Shown: piece by piece, positions 1 to 13,261 of the stretch | Position numbering within the stretch: position 1 is the stretch's first letter | Layout: every line of letters begins with the position of its first letter | Origin: an uncultured Verrucomicrobiae bacterium | GTDB taxonomy: Bacteria > Verrucomicrobiota > Verrucomicrobiia > Limisphaerales > UBA11358 | Direction of reading: 5' to 3' | Assembly (NCBI GenBank): GCA_963835625.1 | Contig: CAWIGO010000007.1 | Span: 75,415 to 139,414, forward strand | DNA length: 64,000 nucleotides | The notes under the pieces: generated by a model | Databases searched by the model: none | The model's input: only the letters and a program-made list of their open reading frames with translations | Told to the model about the DNA's origin: nothing | Translations under genes and position numbers: made by a program

Positions 1-279
1 CTGTCCAACATTCTTCAGCTCGCCCGCCAGCGTCCGGTGGTCATTCAAAGCCTTTTTCCCGCCATTAACGGCGAAGAGCCGTCGCCGGAGGAAATCGGGC
101 AATATGCGCAGCGGCTCAAGGAACTGAAGGACAACAACGCGCAAATTCCGCTGGTGCAAATTTATTCCGCCACGCGCCCCATGACTCACGCGGAATGCGG
201 GCATCTGCCGTTGAAGACGCTTTCCAACATTGCCCAGACCGTAAGGCAGGTCGCTGGTTTGAAAGCGGAAGTTTTTTAA
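1..279 (+). CDS. 3' end of a gene that starts upstream of the window; tentatively the C-terminus of a radical-SAM-family enzyme
   Basis: Frame 1 is open from base 1 to the TAA at 277-279. The ORF track shows only the part from an internal Met at 37. The tail ...IPLVQIYSATRPMTHAECGHLPLKTLSNIAQTV... resembles, from memory, the C-terminal region of COG0731-type radical SAM proteins. The family call is weak. Confidence 0.35.
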   Translation: MSNILQLARQRPVVIQSLFPAINGEEPSPEEIGQYAQRLKELKDNNAQIPLVQIYSATRPMTHAECGHLPLKTLSNIAQTVRQVAGLKAEVF

Positions 280-479
280 AAACGCGCCTGAACGCGTCCT
301 TCCGAATCTCCCTTGCCGCAAGGGAACACAAAGAATTGAACCGCGGATTTCCGGGAGGGACGGCGTGTCGCCGTTCCCTGATTTCAGGCACCTTCAGCGC
401 GGTTGCGCTTCGTGGTTCACTCGGCATCTCCACGTCTTTGCGTTGAGAAAACCCGTGTTTTTCCGCCGGGCAGACTTGA

Positions 480-1475
480 TTACGACACAGAGTAAGTGGA
501 AATGGACCGCATGTATTGTGCGCGTTCGAAGGCGCTGGGTGCGGGGCACTTTTTCTGGCTCAGACTGCCCTTGAGTTGCGTGACGGATTCATATTCGTGC
601 TCCTCCATCCACGCGACGAGTTCGCGTTCGATGATGCTGATTTGCCCAACGCCGTTCCGGATCAGCACGGAGCAGAGCATTGTCACGTCCGCACCGGCCA
701 TGAGCATTTTCAAAACGTCGGTTGCGCGATGGATGCCACTGGTGGCCGCCAGGCTGGTCTGGAGACGACCGTAAAGGATGGCAATCCAGCGCAGAGGAAG
801 GCGCATGGCCATCGGCGTGCTCAACAAAATGTTGGGTTTGACCTCAAGCGTATCCAGATCAATGTCCGGCTGGTAAAACCGGTTGAACAGCACCAGCCCA
901 TCCGCGCCGGCCTCATTAAGCCGCTTGGCCATGTGGGCAAAATTGGTGAAGAACGGACTGAGTTTCACCGCCACCGGAATCGTGACTTCGGATTTCACCG
1001 CTTTCAGAATTTCAAGATAACCTTCTTCAATCTTTTCCGCCGGAACACCCATGTCAGTGGGAATTTGGTAAATGTTCAATTCCAATGCGTCTGCGCCCGC
1101 CTGCTGGATCAGTTTCGCGTAGTGCGTCCAGCCGCCTGCGGACGAGCCGTTCAAGCTCGCGATGATGGGAATGCGCGTGGCTTTCTTCGCCTTGGCAATG
1201 TGTTTGAGGTATTCCTCTGGACCAAGGCGATATTCCTCGGATTTCGGAAAGTAGGAGAGCGCCTCCGCGAAACTTTCAGTGCCTTGCTCGAGATGGTGGG
1301 CCAGTTCAAGACGGTCCTGGCGCAGTTGCTCCTCGAACAGGGAATAAAGCACCACCGCCGACGCGCCGGCGTCTTCCATGTTTCTGATGCCGTCAATTTC
1401 CTCCGATAGCGGCGAGGCCGACGGCACCAGTGGTGTGCGCAGTTTCAAACCGAGATAAGTCGTTGTTAGATCCAT
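480..1475 (-). CDS. dihydroorotate dehydrogenase-like flavoprotein (class-1 DHOD/DHPD TIM-barrel family)
   Basis: 331-aa ORF with family-typical strands (IPIIASLNGSS, ADALELNIY, PVAVKLSPFF, GADGLVLFNRF, ATSGIH). It lies directly downstream of PFOR on the same strand. Confidence 0.8.
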   Translation of the reverse strand: MDLTTTYLGLKLRTPLVPSASPLSEEIDGIRNMEDAGASAVVLYSLFEEQLRQDRLELAHHLEQGTESFAEALSYFPKSEEYRLGPEEYLKHIAKAKKATRIPIIASLNGSSAGGWTHYAKLIQQAGADALELNIYQIPTDMGVPAEKIEEGYLEILKAVKSEVTIPVAVKLSPFFTNFAHMAKRLNEAGADGLVLFNRFYQPDIDLDTLEVKPNILLSTPMAMRLPLRWIAILYGRLQTSLAATSGIHRATDVLKMLMAGADVTMLCSVLIRNGVGQISIIERELVAWMEEHEYESVTQLKGSLSQKKCPAPSAFERAQYMRSISTYSVS

Positions 1476-1491
1476 AAGCTATTTCCAATGT

Positions 1492-1579
1492 AGAAGGCAG
1501 AAGATAGAATGAAGAAATAAATGCTGATCTCTCCGCCCGCTGGCTGGTTTCTGCATTCTTCCTTTTTCATTCTGCCTTT
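1492..1579. repeat. imperfect inverted repeat built from GGCAGAA/GAATGAA-type heptamer-like units
   Basis: AAGGCAGAA (1494-1502) is the exact reverse complement of TTCTGCCTT (1570-1578). The inner GAATGAAGAA and TTTTTCATTC segments can pair in several registers. It lies in the 109-nt nifJ to DHOD-like spacer. Confidence 0.8.
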
Positions 1580-1584
1580 CGGGT

Positions 1585-5253
<3,669 letters not shown>

Positions 5254-5257
5254 AAAA

Positions 5258-8018
5258 TTAAAGAACGTATTCAGCGGTGGAACCGTGATTGTCAGCGTCC
5301 TGTGCGACTTTGAACCCGGCTTCTTTGCTCACGTGAATCATCGCGTGGTTGTCAGGGGGAATGTGCGCGAAAATGCGGTCGAGCTTTTCATCGCGCCCAA
5401 TTTGCACGAGACGTTTGAGCAACTCGGTGCCGAAACCCTGTTTCTGCCAACGGTCACTGATTAAAAGCGTGAATTCCGCCTCGTTCAGACCGCGCGCCTT
5501 GCTCAACCGACCCACGCCAAGAATTTCCAATTGGCCGGTTTGCGGATCCTTGCGTTCGACAACGAGCGCGATTTCGCGGTCGTAATCGTTGAAGCAAATG
5601 CGCGTCAACCGTTCGTGCGCGATGCGCTGGTCCAGTTTGAGCGGGTTGGAAAACCGGTTGATAAACACTTTCTTCGGAAAGTGTTTCGTGAAACTTCACC
5701 AGCAACGGCTCGTCTTCGGGACGGATCGGACGGACCATGACCGCCGTGCCGTTTTTCAATTTCCACGGCGCCATATATTGCGTCGGATACGGACGGATGG
5801 CGAGCCGGGGCAGTTTATCTTCCGTCGTCTTCAAGTCGTGCAAGATGACACGGGCGTCCAGCGCGACGAGGTCCTCGGCGGAGGCGAACATCGGATTGAT
5901 GTCAATTTCCTTGATCCAACGCTGTTCGGCAACGAGCTGGCTGAAGCCGACCATCAGTTTTTCCAGCGCAATGAGATCTACTGACTTGCGGCCGCGAACG
6001 CCTTTGAGCGCTTGATAAATTTTGGTCGTCTCCATCATGCGGCGGGCGAGCGTGGTGTTCAACGGAGGCAGGGCGAGGGCTTTGTCCTTGAACACTTCGA
6101 CGAGCTGGCCGCCCATGCCGAAGAGAAGCACCGGCCCGAACTGCGGGTCAATGCTGCTGCCGAGGATGATTTCGTAGCCTTCGCTCAGCTTGATCATCTT
6201 TTGCACGGTCACGCCCTGGAAGTGCTGCGCGCCGGCCTTCTCGGTGCAGGCGGTCTTGATTGCGTTGAACGCCTTGCAGACCTCGGCCTCGTCCTTCAAG
6301 TTCAACTGCACGCCGCCCACGTCGGTCTTGTGGGTGATGGTTTCGGAATAAAGCTTCAGCACCGTCGGGAAACCGATTTCCCTGGCCAGTTTGGCCGCCT
6401 GGGCTTCCGTCTTGGCAACCTTCGTGATCACCGTCGGAATATTGTAGCAGGCGAGCAATTCCTTGGATTCGGCCTCGGTGAAGATTGTGCGGCCAGCTTT
6501 CTTCACCGATTCAATCAAGGTTGCGGCCTTGGCACGGCCCGATTCGAGATCGGCGGGATGGGCGGATGGCACCGGGGTTTCGTAGAGCGCCCGGAGGTTG
6601 TCCGCGTAGCGCCACATGGAAGTGAACACTCGTGCGGCGGTGTCGGGATACAGGAAGGTCGGAATACCCGCGGCGTTGAGGCTCTGTACACCTTCGGCAA
6701 CGTCCTTGCCGCCCATCCAACTGGCGAGCACGGGCTTGCCTTCGATGTGGCCGAACGCCTTCAATTTTTCCGCAGTGCCGGTGCAGTCAGTCATCGCTTG
6801 CGGCGTCAGAATCACAAGCAAGCCGTCGCTGTTCGGGTCTCGGCCCGCAATTTCCAGCGTCTTGGCGTAAACCTCCGCGCTGGCGTCGCCGAGGACGTCA
6901 ATGGGATTGTTGTGCGACCAGGCAAAAGGAAGAATTTTATTCAGTTCTTCGATGGTGCTTTTGGATACTTCCGCCAGCGCGCCGCCAGTGGTCAGGAGCG
7001 CGTCGGTGGCGAGCACACCCGGCCCGCCGGCGTTCGTAATCATGGTCATGCGGTTGCCCCGGGGCCGGGGTTGTCGGTCCAACACTTCCGACAGGTAGAA
7101 CAGGTCGGAGATGTCGTTCACGCGCAGCACGCCGCAACGCTTGAAAGCGGCTTCAAGAACGTCGTCGCTCCCGGTCAGCGAACCGGTGTGAGAAGCGGCC
7201 GCCTTGGCGGCGCCTGCGGTGCGGCCGGGTTTGATGACGATGATCGGCTTGGTCAGCGCGACTTCGCGGGCGGCGGACAGGAACGCGCGGGCGTCGCCGA
7301 TGGTTTCCATGTAAATGACGATGCTCTTGGTGTTTGGATCGTCGCCAAGATAATAAATCAGGTCGCCCCAGCCGACATCCAGCATGGAGCCGATGGAGAT
7401 GAACGCGCTGAAGCCGACGTTTTCCTTCAGACTCCAGTCGAGAACCGCGGTGCACAGCGCGCCGCTTTGGCTGAGGAACCCGACATTGCCGGGCTTGGCA
7501 ATGGTGGCGGCGAACGTGGCGTTCAACCCGATCCCCGGCATCATGACACCGAGGCAGTTCGGGCCGACGATGCGCATCCCGCCCCGTCGCGCCTCGGCGA
7601 GAATCTGTTGTTCAAGCTTGGCGCCTTCCGCACCGGTTTCCTTGAAGCCGGCGGAAATAATGACAGCGCCCGGCACACCCGCTTCGACGCACTCATGGAT
7701 GAGGTTCGGCGCAGTTTTCGCCGGCGTGCAGATAACCGCCAGGTCCACCTTTCCCGGTACGGAGGCGATATTGGGATACGCCTTTACACCCAACACGGAG
7801 GAACGCTTCGGGTTGACCGGATAAACGACCCCGGCAAACCCGCCGCGGCCGAGGTTTTGAAACACCGTGCGTCCGACGGTGCCCGGGTTTTCCGTCGCGC
7901 CGATGACCGCGACGACTTTGGGTGCAAAAATGGAATCCAGCGGATGTTTGCGGGCCCGCAAAATGTCATGAGTGGGTTCGGAATGTTGTAAGGTCGGGCT
8001 TGTTGTTGCGGTCTGCAT
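5258..8018 (-). pseudogene. Pat-like protein acetyltransferase (NDP-forming acyl-CoA-synthetase-like domains plus a C-terminal GNAT domain) with the reading frame broken near 5660-5670
   Basis: ORF 5454-8018 carries the CoA-binding, ligase and ATP-grasp parts ([24 protein letters not shown]). It stays meaningful up to ...[12 protein letters not shown] and then becomes Arg/Pro-rich nonsense. The GNAT domain ([35 protein letters not shown]...WQKQGFGTELL) continues in the +1 frame as ORF 5258-5668. The break could be a real pseudogene, a split gene or an assembly indel. Confidence 0.7.
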
Positions 8019-8429
8019 GAAATATCAAAGTCTCAAAATTGGTTTAAATCGTAATCTCAAATTTATCAGCGGCAACCAAACTCATCCAGCTTTAATAAAC
8101 TGCTGGTTCCAGACCGTTTCGGCTTCGCTGACTTTGGCAAATCCTTTCCCTTTTTTGTGTTGATGGCATCCATCCCGGCGCAACAAGAGAATTTTTCAGA
8201 CTGCCAGTAAAATAGGCATTTTTGCAATTTCCGGTTTTCGCCAGTTGATACGCTTGCCGGATCATGTTCCCAACATGAAAGCTGTCACACACGATTACAT
8301 ACTCGTGGGGACCTGCATATGGACGCGGAATTCGCCGGCGTTGGTGGCTGAAAAATCACGTTCCGATTTCAATCTCAATCAAATCATTGGCCGTCCGCTT
8401 CTTGCGGATGCCCGCCATTGCCACCGCGT

Positions 8430-9485
8430 TCAATAGGCGGGCAATTGCGCGCGGTAATCGGTGGGGGATTGGCCTAGAAGCTTTTTGAACACGCGGTTGA
8501 AATGCGTGAGCGATTGGAATCCAACTTCAAATGCGATTTCACTGACGCGCAGGTTGGGATTGAGCAGCAGATTTTTCGCTTTCTCGATGCGCACGCGCGA
8601 AAGATAGTCGGTGAAATTGACCCCGGTGACTTTTTTGAACATTTTGCAAAAGTAGAAGGCGCTCATGTTGACCGCTTTGGCGACCTGGCCGAGCGAAAGT
8701 TTTTCAGACTGATGTTCGCAAATGTAATCCTTGGCGCGCATGATGACCGGCGATTCGGCGTTTTCCTGCTGGATGATGACCTGATTGCTCACCATTGCCA
8801 GGTGCTGGGCAAAAATGGCGAGCAGTTTCACCACCGACTCCTGTTGTTTGGGCGACAGCACCTTGCCGGAAAAGTAGGCCTTCTTCAAAACATCCCGTTC
8901 CACGTCCGAACCCCATTCGGCGACTTGTTTGGCGACCTGCTCAAACTGCGCTCTGCCCGGTTTTTTGCGGAAGACCTGTCCGGTTTGGAGAAATCCAATC
9001 AACCGGTCGCTCAATCGCACCGGCACGGCCGTTTCGCAGAGCCCGGCGAAACAAATGATGGTCCACGGTTCGGTCGGGGCGTTTTCACAAAGCCGCTCGC
9101 GCACCTGCAAACACGCCGCGCAGGCGCGGCTTTTCCGCGCCATCAAGGCGCAAAACGGATTTTCATTCCGCCGGCCATGGTACGGCAGTTGCCACGTTTC
9201 AACCGGCTGCAACGACACCGGCAGTCCAGTCATGTCGCCAAAGGCGCGCTCGTATTCCTGGTAGATTTTTGAACCGAGGAGCGCCTCGATCAACGCGTGG
9301 TTGCCGTTGCCGTTACCACTGCCATTCGGAGCGACAACGGGGGTTTTGTCTTTGGAAACAAATCTTTTTACTGGAACAAAGCCTGTGGTTTCCGTCCGAA
9401 ATCGTGGTGCGGCGGAAAAACCCCGGCGCAAAGCAGGTGAAGCAGAATGACCGCCCGGGCCTTGCTTAGCAAATATTGTCTGCAC
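8430..9485 (-). CDS. AraC-family transcriptional regulator with an N-terminal PocR-like sensory domain
   Basis: The C-terminus is an AraC/XylS double HTH (LSLGQVAKAVNMSAFYFCKMFKKVTGVNFTDYLSRVRIEKAKNLL...FQSLTHFNRVFKKLLGQSPTDYR). It is preceded by a Cys-containing PocR-like region (NPFCALMARKSRACAACLQV). Confidence 0.85.
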   Translation of the reverse strand: MQTIFAKQGPGGHSASPALRRGFSAAPRFRTETTGFVPVKRFVSKDKTPVVAPNGSGNGNGNHALIEALLGSKIYQEYERAFGDMTGLPVSLQPVETWQLPYHGRRNENPFCALMARKSRACAACLQVRERLCENAPTEPWTIICFAGLCETAVPVRLSDRLIGFLQTGQVFRKKPGRAQFEQVAKQVAEWGSDVERDVLKKAYFSGKVLSPKQQESVVKLLAIFAQHLAMVSNQVIIQQENAESPVIMRAKDYICEHQSEKLSLGQVAKAVNMSAFYFCKMFKKVTGVNFTDYLSRVRIEKAKNLLLNPNLRVSEIAFEVGFQSLTHFNRVFKKLLGQSPTDYRAQLPAY

Positions 9486-9672
9486 GACAGCAATTTAACC
9501 GAAGGACACAATTATCGCAATTATTTTTTCATCCGATTGCATGTAAGGGAAAACCACCAAATAACGGGGAAATCCGGTGGCAATGCATGATTCTTTTCCG
9601 GTAACCGGTGTATTTTAACATTTCGGATTTTGCGTGTTCGTTTTAGGGTTTGCATGTCCACGCTGGGCAAAT

Positions 9673-10839
9673 GTGAAAACATTGCATAAATATCTGACGT
9701 ATCAGGTGATCGCTTCATTGTTGTTGACCGTGGCGGTATTCACCTTTGTGTTGTTGCTCGGCAACGTGCTCAAGGAAATCCTCACGTTGATTATCAACGG
9801 TCAAGTGCGCCCTGGCACAATGTTCGAAGCAATCGGCTTGTTGATTCCATTCGTCTGGGTATTTGCGCTGCCGATGGGTTTGCTCACCGCGACACTGCTG
9901 GTGTTCGGTCGTTTCAGCGCTGATCAAGAACTTACCGCTGTGCGCGCCAGTGGCATCAGTTTGTTGTCACTGATCACGCCCATTTTGCTCCTGAGTTTGC
10001 TTTGCTGCTGCATGAGCGCCTGGATCAACATGGACATTGGCCCCCGTTGTCGCGTCGCTTACAAAAATTTTCTCTTCCGCGCGCGTTCCGAACTGGTGAA
10101 CGTCCGATTGCCTGAAGGCCGGTTCATCCGCGATTTTCCGGGTTATATTTTTTACGTGGAAAAAAATCGCGGCGGCAATTTGCAGGGCGTGATGATCTTC
10201 AAACTCGAGAATGGAACAAACGTGGAAACAACCTTGCGCGCGCCGCGCGGCCAGTTCGAGACGGACGCGAAAAACAAACAACTCGTTTTGCATTTGTTCG
10301 ACGCCCGCAGTGTGACGTTAAGCGGGTCACATGTGGGAATTGCCTCATTCCCGATGTTGACGTTGAACTTCGACCTGAACGCGGCGACGAACCAAATTTC
10401 CAAACCCAAAATCAGCGACATGACGTTCTGGCAATTGCAGGATGAACTGCGCGACCTGGAACAACGATTCCACCTGCCGCCTGTCGCTTCTGCATCGCCG
10501 CCGGAATTACAAGCGCAACTTCGCGAGGTCGCGAAGCAACGAACCGATTTGACCGAGCCGATTCACGTGGAAATGCATCGGCAAATCGCGTTTTCCTTCG
10601 CATGTTTCGGGTTTACGCTCATTGGCATTCCGCTGGGCATTCGCGTGCACCGGCGCGAGACGAACGTTGGCGTTGCCATGGCGCTCGTGCTGGTGCTGAT
10701 TTACTACAGCTTCGTCATCCTTGGCGAATCATTATCCGCACGTCCGGAATTTGCGCCGCATTTGATTTTCTGGGTGCCGAATTTCATTTTTCAGGCCGTC
10801 GGCGCGGTGCTGCTCTGGCGCGCCAATCGCGGGATTTGA
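9673..10839 (+). CDS. LptF/LptG (YjgP/YjgQ) family LPS export permease
   Basis: The ORF track starts at 9634. An in-frame GTG at 9673 gives the family-typical N-terminus [12 protein letters not shown].... The layout is three N-terminal TM segments, a periplasmic beta-jellyroll-like middle, and C-terminal TM segments. The start codon is uncertain. Confidence 0.8.
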   Translation: MKTLHKYLTYQVIASLLLTVAVFTFVLLLGNVLKEILTLIINGQVRPGTMFEAIGLLIPFVWVFALPMGLLTATLLVFGRFSADQELTAVRASGISLLSLITPILLLSLLCCCMSAWINMDIGPRCRVAYKNFLFRARSELVNVRLPEGRFIRDFPGYIFYVEKNRGGNLQGVMIFKLENGTNVETTLRAPRGQFETDAKNKQLVLHLFDARSVTLSGSHVGIASFPMLTLNFDLNAATNQISKPKISDMTFWQLQDELRDLEQRFHLPPVASASPPELQAQLREVAKQRTDLTEPIHVEMHRQIAFSFACFGFTLIGIPLGIRVHRRETNVGVAMALVLVLIYYSFVILGESLSARPEFAPHLIFWVPNFIFQAVGAVLLWRANRGI

Positions 10840-10924
10840 ATGGCGAAGTTAGAAACCGACGCTTTTATTTTATATGAACAACCAAACGGAATTAAACTTG
10901 TGCCAATACTCGGGACTGACTCCT

Positions 10925-11809
10925 TTACAAGTGGCGGAACATGGAAAGCTCCAACCACCAGCGTTGCGGCCGCCAGAGTGAGGGCCAGTAACGGCGGGCG
11001 TGCTTTTTCAATTCCCGATAATAACCGGCGTAGTTATCGCTGGTCTTTGCCGCAGCATGGTAATTAGTGCAAGCCAGCACACGATCAATGTTGACGAAGT
11101 CGAAGTGCCGGGCGATCCGCACCCAATAATCGAAGTCCATCGTGAGGTGCAGCGATTCATCCAGCCAGCCGGTTTTTTCAAAGACTTCACGCCGCCAGAA
11201 AATTGCCGGTTGATGCATCTCGTAACCTCTCCAAAATTGTAGTAATCGGCACCGATTCTGGTAACGCCCTTTTAACAGAACCGGCGGTGTGCCATCCTCA
11301 TGCACTCGATAACAATGTCCGACCAAGACATAATGGCCGCAGCCTTTGGCCAGCGTCTGTTCCACGGTCAACAGCGCGCCGGGCAAAAAATAATCATCGC
11401 TGTTTAACCAGCAGAGGATCTGCCCAGTGGCCTTGGCGAAACCTTTGTTGATGGCGTGGTTCTGTCCGCAGTCTTTTTCGCTGCACCAGGAAGCGAGCCA
11501 CGGTTCATACTTGCGGATGACTGCGACGCTCCCATCCGTGCTGCCGCCGTCAATGATGATGTATTCAATATCGGGATAGCCTTGCAACAGAACCGAGCGG
11601 ATGGTCTGTTCCAGAAAACTTCCCTGGTTGAACGAAGGGGTGATGATGCTGATTTTCGGCAACTCCGAAACATAACCGCTTGATATGGAGGTGGCTTCCG
11701 TCCACGGCCATCCGGTTTTACCGGCGGGCGCGGGCGGAAGTTCTTCGAGCGTTAAGACCGGGTTGGATTTTTTGGGCATGAGTTGATTCCAATCCAATAT
11801 TTGAGTCAA
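10925..11809 (-). CDS. family-2 glycosyltransferase
   Basis: Shows the GT2 signature ISIITPSFNQGSFLEQTIRSVLLQGYPDIEYIIIDGGSTDGS followed by WLNSDDYF. Confidence 0.85.
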   Translation of the reverse strand: MTQILDWNQLMPKKSNPVLTLEELPPAPAGKTGWPWTEATSISSGYVSELPKISIITPSFNQGSFLEQTIRSVLLQGYPDIEYIIIDGGSTDGSVAVIRKYEPWLASWCSEKDCGQNHAINKGFAKATGQILCWLNSDDYFLPGALLTVEQTLAKGCGHYVLVGHCYRVHEDGTPPVLLKGRYQNRCRLLQFWRGYEMHQPAIFWRREVFEKTGWLDESLHLTMDFDYWVRIARHFDFVNIDRVLACTNYHAAAKTSDNYAGYYRELKKHARRYWPSLWRPQRWWLELSMFRHL

Positions 11810-12097
11810 CAGTTACGTTTTATCCTCGACGTTGAAAGGGTCAGTCCTAAGTATTGACACAAAAGTGCAGCAAACTGATCCGTCGCCAAAAATCGTTGTT
11901 TACTTATTCTTTCGATAGACCTTGCCAATCGCCGCTTGGTCAATGGGTTTGACAATCAGTTCATCAATGTCCAAATGCGGCAGGCGGCTACGGAGGACAC
12001 CATCCTATGCTCGAACCCTTCAAGTGTCGGTTCCGAGCGAAATTTTTCCAGACCGGCCTGCCATCCGTAGCCCGGAACATCAGTTCCGAGCGAAGGA

Positions 12098-12173
12098 TGG
12101 TGGAGCCGAGGGGATTCGAACCCCTGACCTGCTGATTGCGAACCAGCCGCTCTACCAACTGAGCTACGACCCC
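12098..12173 (-). tRNA. tRNA-Ala (anticodon CGC), CCA encoded
   Basis: I folded the reverse complement by hand: GGGGTCG TA GCTC AGTTGGTA GAGC G GCTGG TTCGCAA TCAGC AGGTC AGGGG TTCGAAT CCCCT CGGCTCC A CCA. It forms a full cloverleaf with a G3:U70 alanine identity pair and anticodon loop TT-CGC-AA. Confidence 0.93.
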
Positions 12174-12261
12174 AGCCCTGCCGTTCGTGCGACAACAGCT
12201 TTTGCACAAAAACGCGCGCCGTGCAATTGTTAAGTGAATCCCGACAGACAATTAACGACTC

Positions 12262-12311
12262 CGTTCCGCCCGGCGGAACGTGAGCACGCGATCCCGCATT
12301 GCGGGATCGGT
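12262..12311. repeat. two adjacent GC-rich hairpins; the second carries the CCCGCATTGCGGG core
   Basis: The first hairpin is CGTTCCGC-ccg-GCGGAACG (12262-12280). The second is GATCCCGC-att-GCGGGATC (12290-12308). The 20-mer TCCCGCATTGCGGGATCGGT (12292-12311) recurs exactly at 50763-50782. Confidence 0.85.
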
Positions 12312-12349
12312 GTTGGCAATCGCCGCTGCGTCTGTTACTTTCCGCGCGC

Positions 12350-13261
12350 ATGTCCGACGCAGCTGCGGCAGCGCAAACGCCCTCAAAGGCGCAGGTTTTT
12401 CTCCGCCGGTTAATCACCTCGGTGATTCTCTGGACGGTGATCATCGCCGCTTTGTTCTCCGGCAACGCGTTGATTTCAAATGGCGTATTCATTCTCATCA
12501 TTGTCTTTCTCGCGCTGGCCGGTCTCATGGAATTTTATGGACTCGCCGAAAAATGCGGCCTTGTTTGCTTCAAATGGTGCGGCCTGCTCGGCGGCGTGCT
12601 GCTGATGGTCGGGACATTTTTGAATTTGACCGGCCATCTTGGCACTTCGGGTTCGCCGGCGCGCGTCAACGATTTTGAAACGGGCTTTCTCATTTTATTC
12701 GTGCTCGGTTTGTGTCTGCGACAATTATTGTCAAAGTCCAACGCGGTGGGAATTGCGGCCATTGCGACGACGCTCTTCGGTCTCATGTATGTGCCGTGGC
12801 TGTTGAACTTCATCCAAAAAATCAATTTTTTCCCCGGCGTGGACGGCAAATTCTTTCTGCTCTACTTCGTATTGGTCACAAAGTTCAGCGACACCGGCGC
12901 GTATGTCGTCGGCTCGCTCATCGGCAGGCACAAGATGATGCCGCGCATCAGCCCTGGCAAAACCTGGGAGGGCTTTGGCGGCGCGATTTTATTTTCGACG
13001 GTGGCGAGCATCGTGTTCGTGTTTTTTTTTGGCGATAAAATGGCGGGCATGAATTGGTTTCACGCCGTTGTGCTCGGCGTTTTGTTTGGTTTGACCGCCG
13101 TCGTCGGCGATTTGATTGAGTCGCTATTCAAACGCGAAGCCGGCGTAAAAGATTCAGGCAATTTTTTCCCCGGCATCGGCGGCATTCTCGATTTGCTCGA
13201 CAGTCTTTTGTTCAACGCGCCCATCATGTATCTCTATTTACGGCACATCCTGATCCAATGA
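12350..13261 (+). CDS. cdsA: phosphatidate cytidylyltransferase (CDP-diglyceride synthase)
   Basis: Multi-TM protein with the C-terminal CdsA signature (SDTGAYVVGSLIGRHKM.PRISPGKTWEG...GDLIESLFKREAGVKDSG..FPGIGGILD..DS). I chose the ATG at 12350 over the track start at 12299, which lies inside a hairpin repeat. Confidence 0.9.
   Translation: MSDAAAAAQTPSKAQVFLRRLITSVILWTVIIAALFSGNALISNGVFILIIVFLALAGLMEFYGLAEKCGLVCFKWCGLLGGVLLMVGTFLNLTGHLGTSGSPARVNDFETGFLILFVLGLCLRQLLSKSNAVGIAAIATTLFGLMYVPWLLNFIQKINFFPGVDGKFFLLYFVLVTKFSDTGAYVVGSLIGRHKMMPRISPGKTWEGFGGAILFSTVASIVFVFFFGDKMAGMNWFHAVVLGVLFGLTAVVGDLIESLFKREAGVKDSGNFFPGIGGILDLLDSLLFNAPIMYLYLRHILIQ

Noticed and set aside
5655-5670. Programmed ribosomal frameshifting at the four frame breaks
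   Set aside because: I saw no known +1 signal (a prfB-like CUU UGA C with an upstream SD) and no X XXY YYZ slippery heptamer at any site. The hairpin in the pat-like gene lies 5' rather than 3' of the break. I have kept this only as a low-probability alternative in the global finding.
6012-7991. Long antisense ORFs, such as 6012-7991 (+, 659 aa), 28721-29983 (+, 420 aa), 23070-24203 (-, 377 aa), 58234-59238 (+, 334 aa), 19114-20007 and 20050-20913 (-), 15950-16705 (-), and 32549-33358 (-)
   Set aside because: Each lies entirely opposite a gene with clear conserved motifs. Their translations are Arg/Gly/Ala/His-rich low-complexity strings, typical of shadow ORFs in GC-rich DNA.
8019-8429. Small ORFs (8092-8292 -, 8245-8436 +) and the direct repeat TCTCAAA(A/T)TT x2 near 8029-8062 in the AT-rich spacer upstream of the pat-like gene
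   Set aside because: The ORFs have no coding signature. The short repeat lies in the 5' leader and may be regulatory, but it is too short to support a call.
12000-12030. T-loop-like GGGTTCGAGC on the minus strand downstream of tRNA-Ala, as a possible second tRNA or tRNA fragment
   Set aside because: I could not build a flanking T-stem, anticodon arm or acceptor stem.
11922-12528. ORFs 11922-12233 (+), 11956-12528 (-) and 11988-12251 (-)
   Set aside because: They run straight through the tRNA-Ala gene and the hairpin repeats, and I see no protein-like features.
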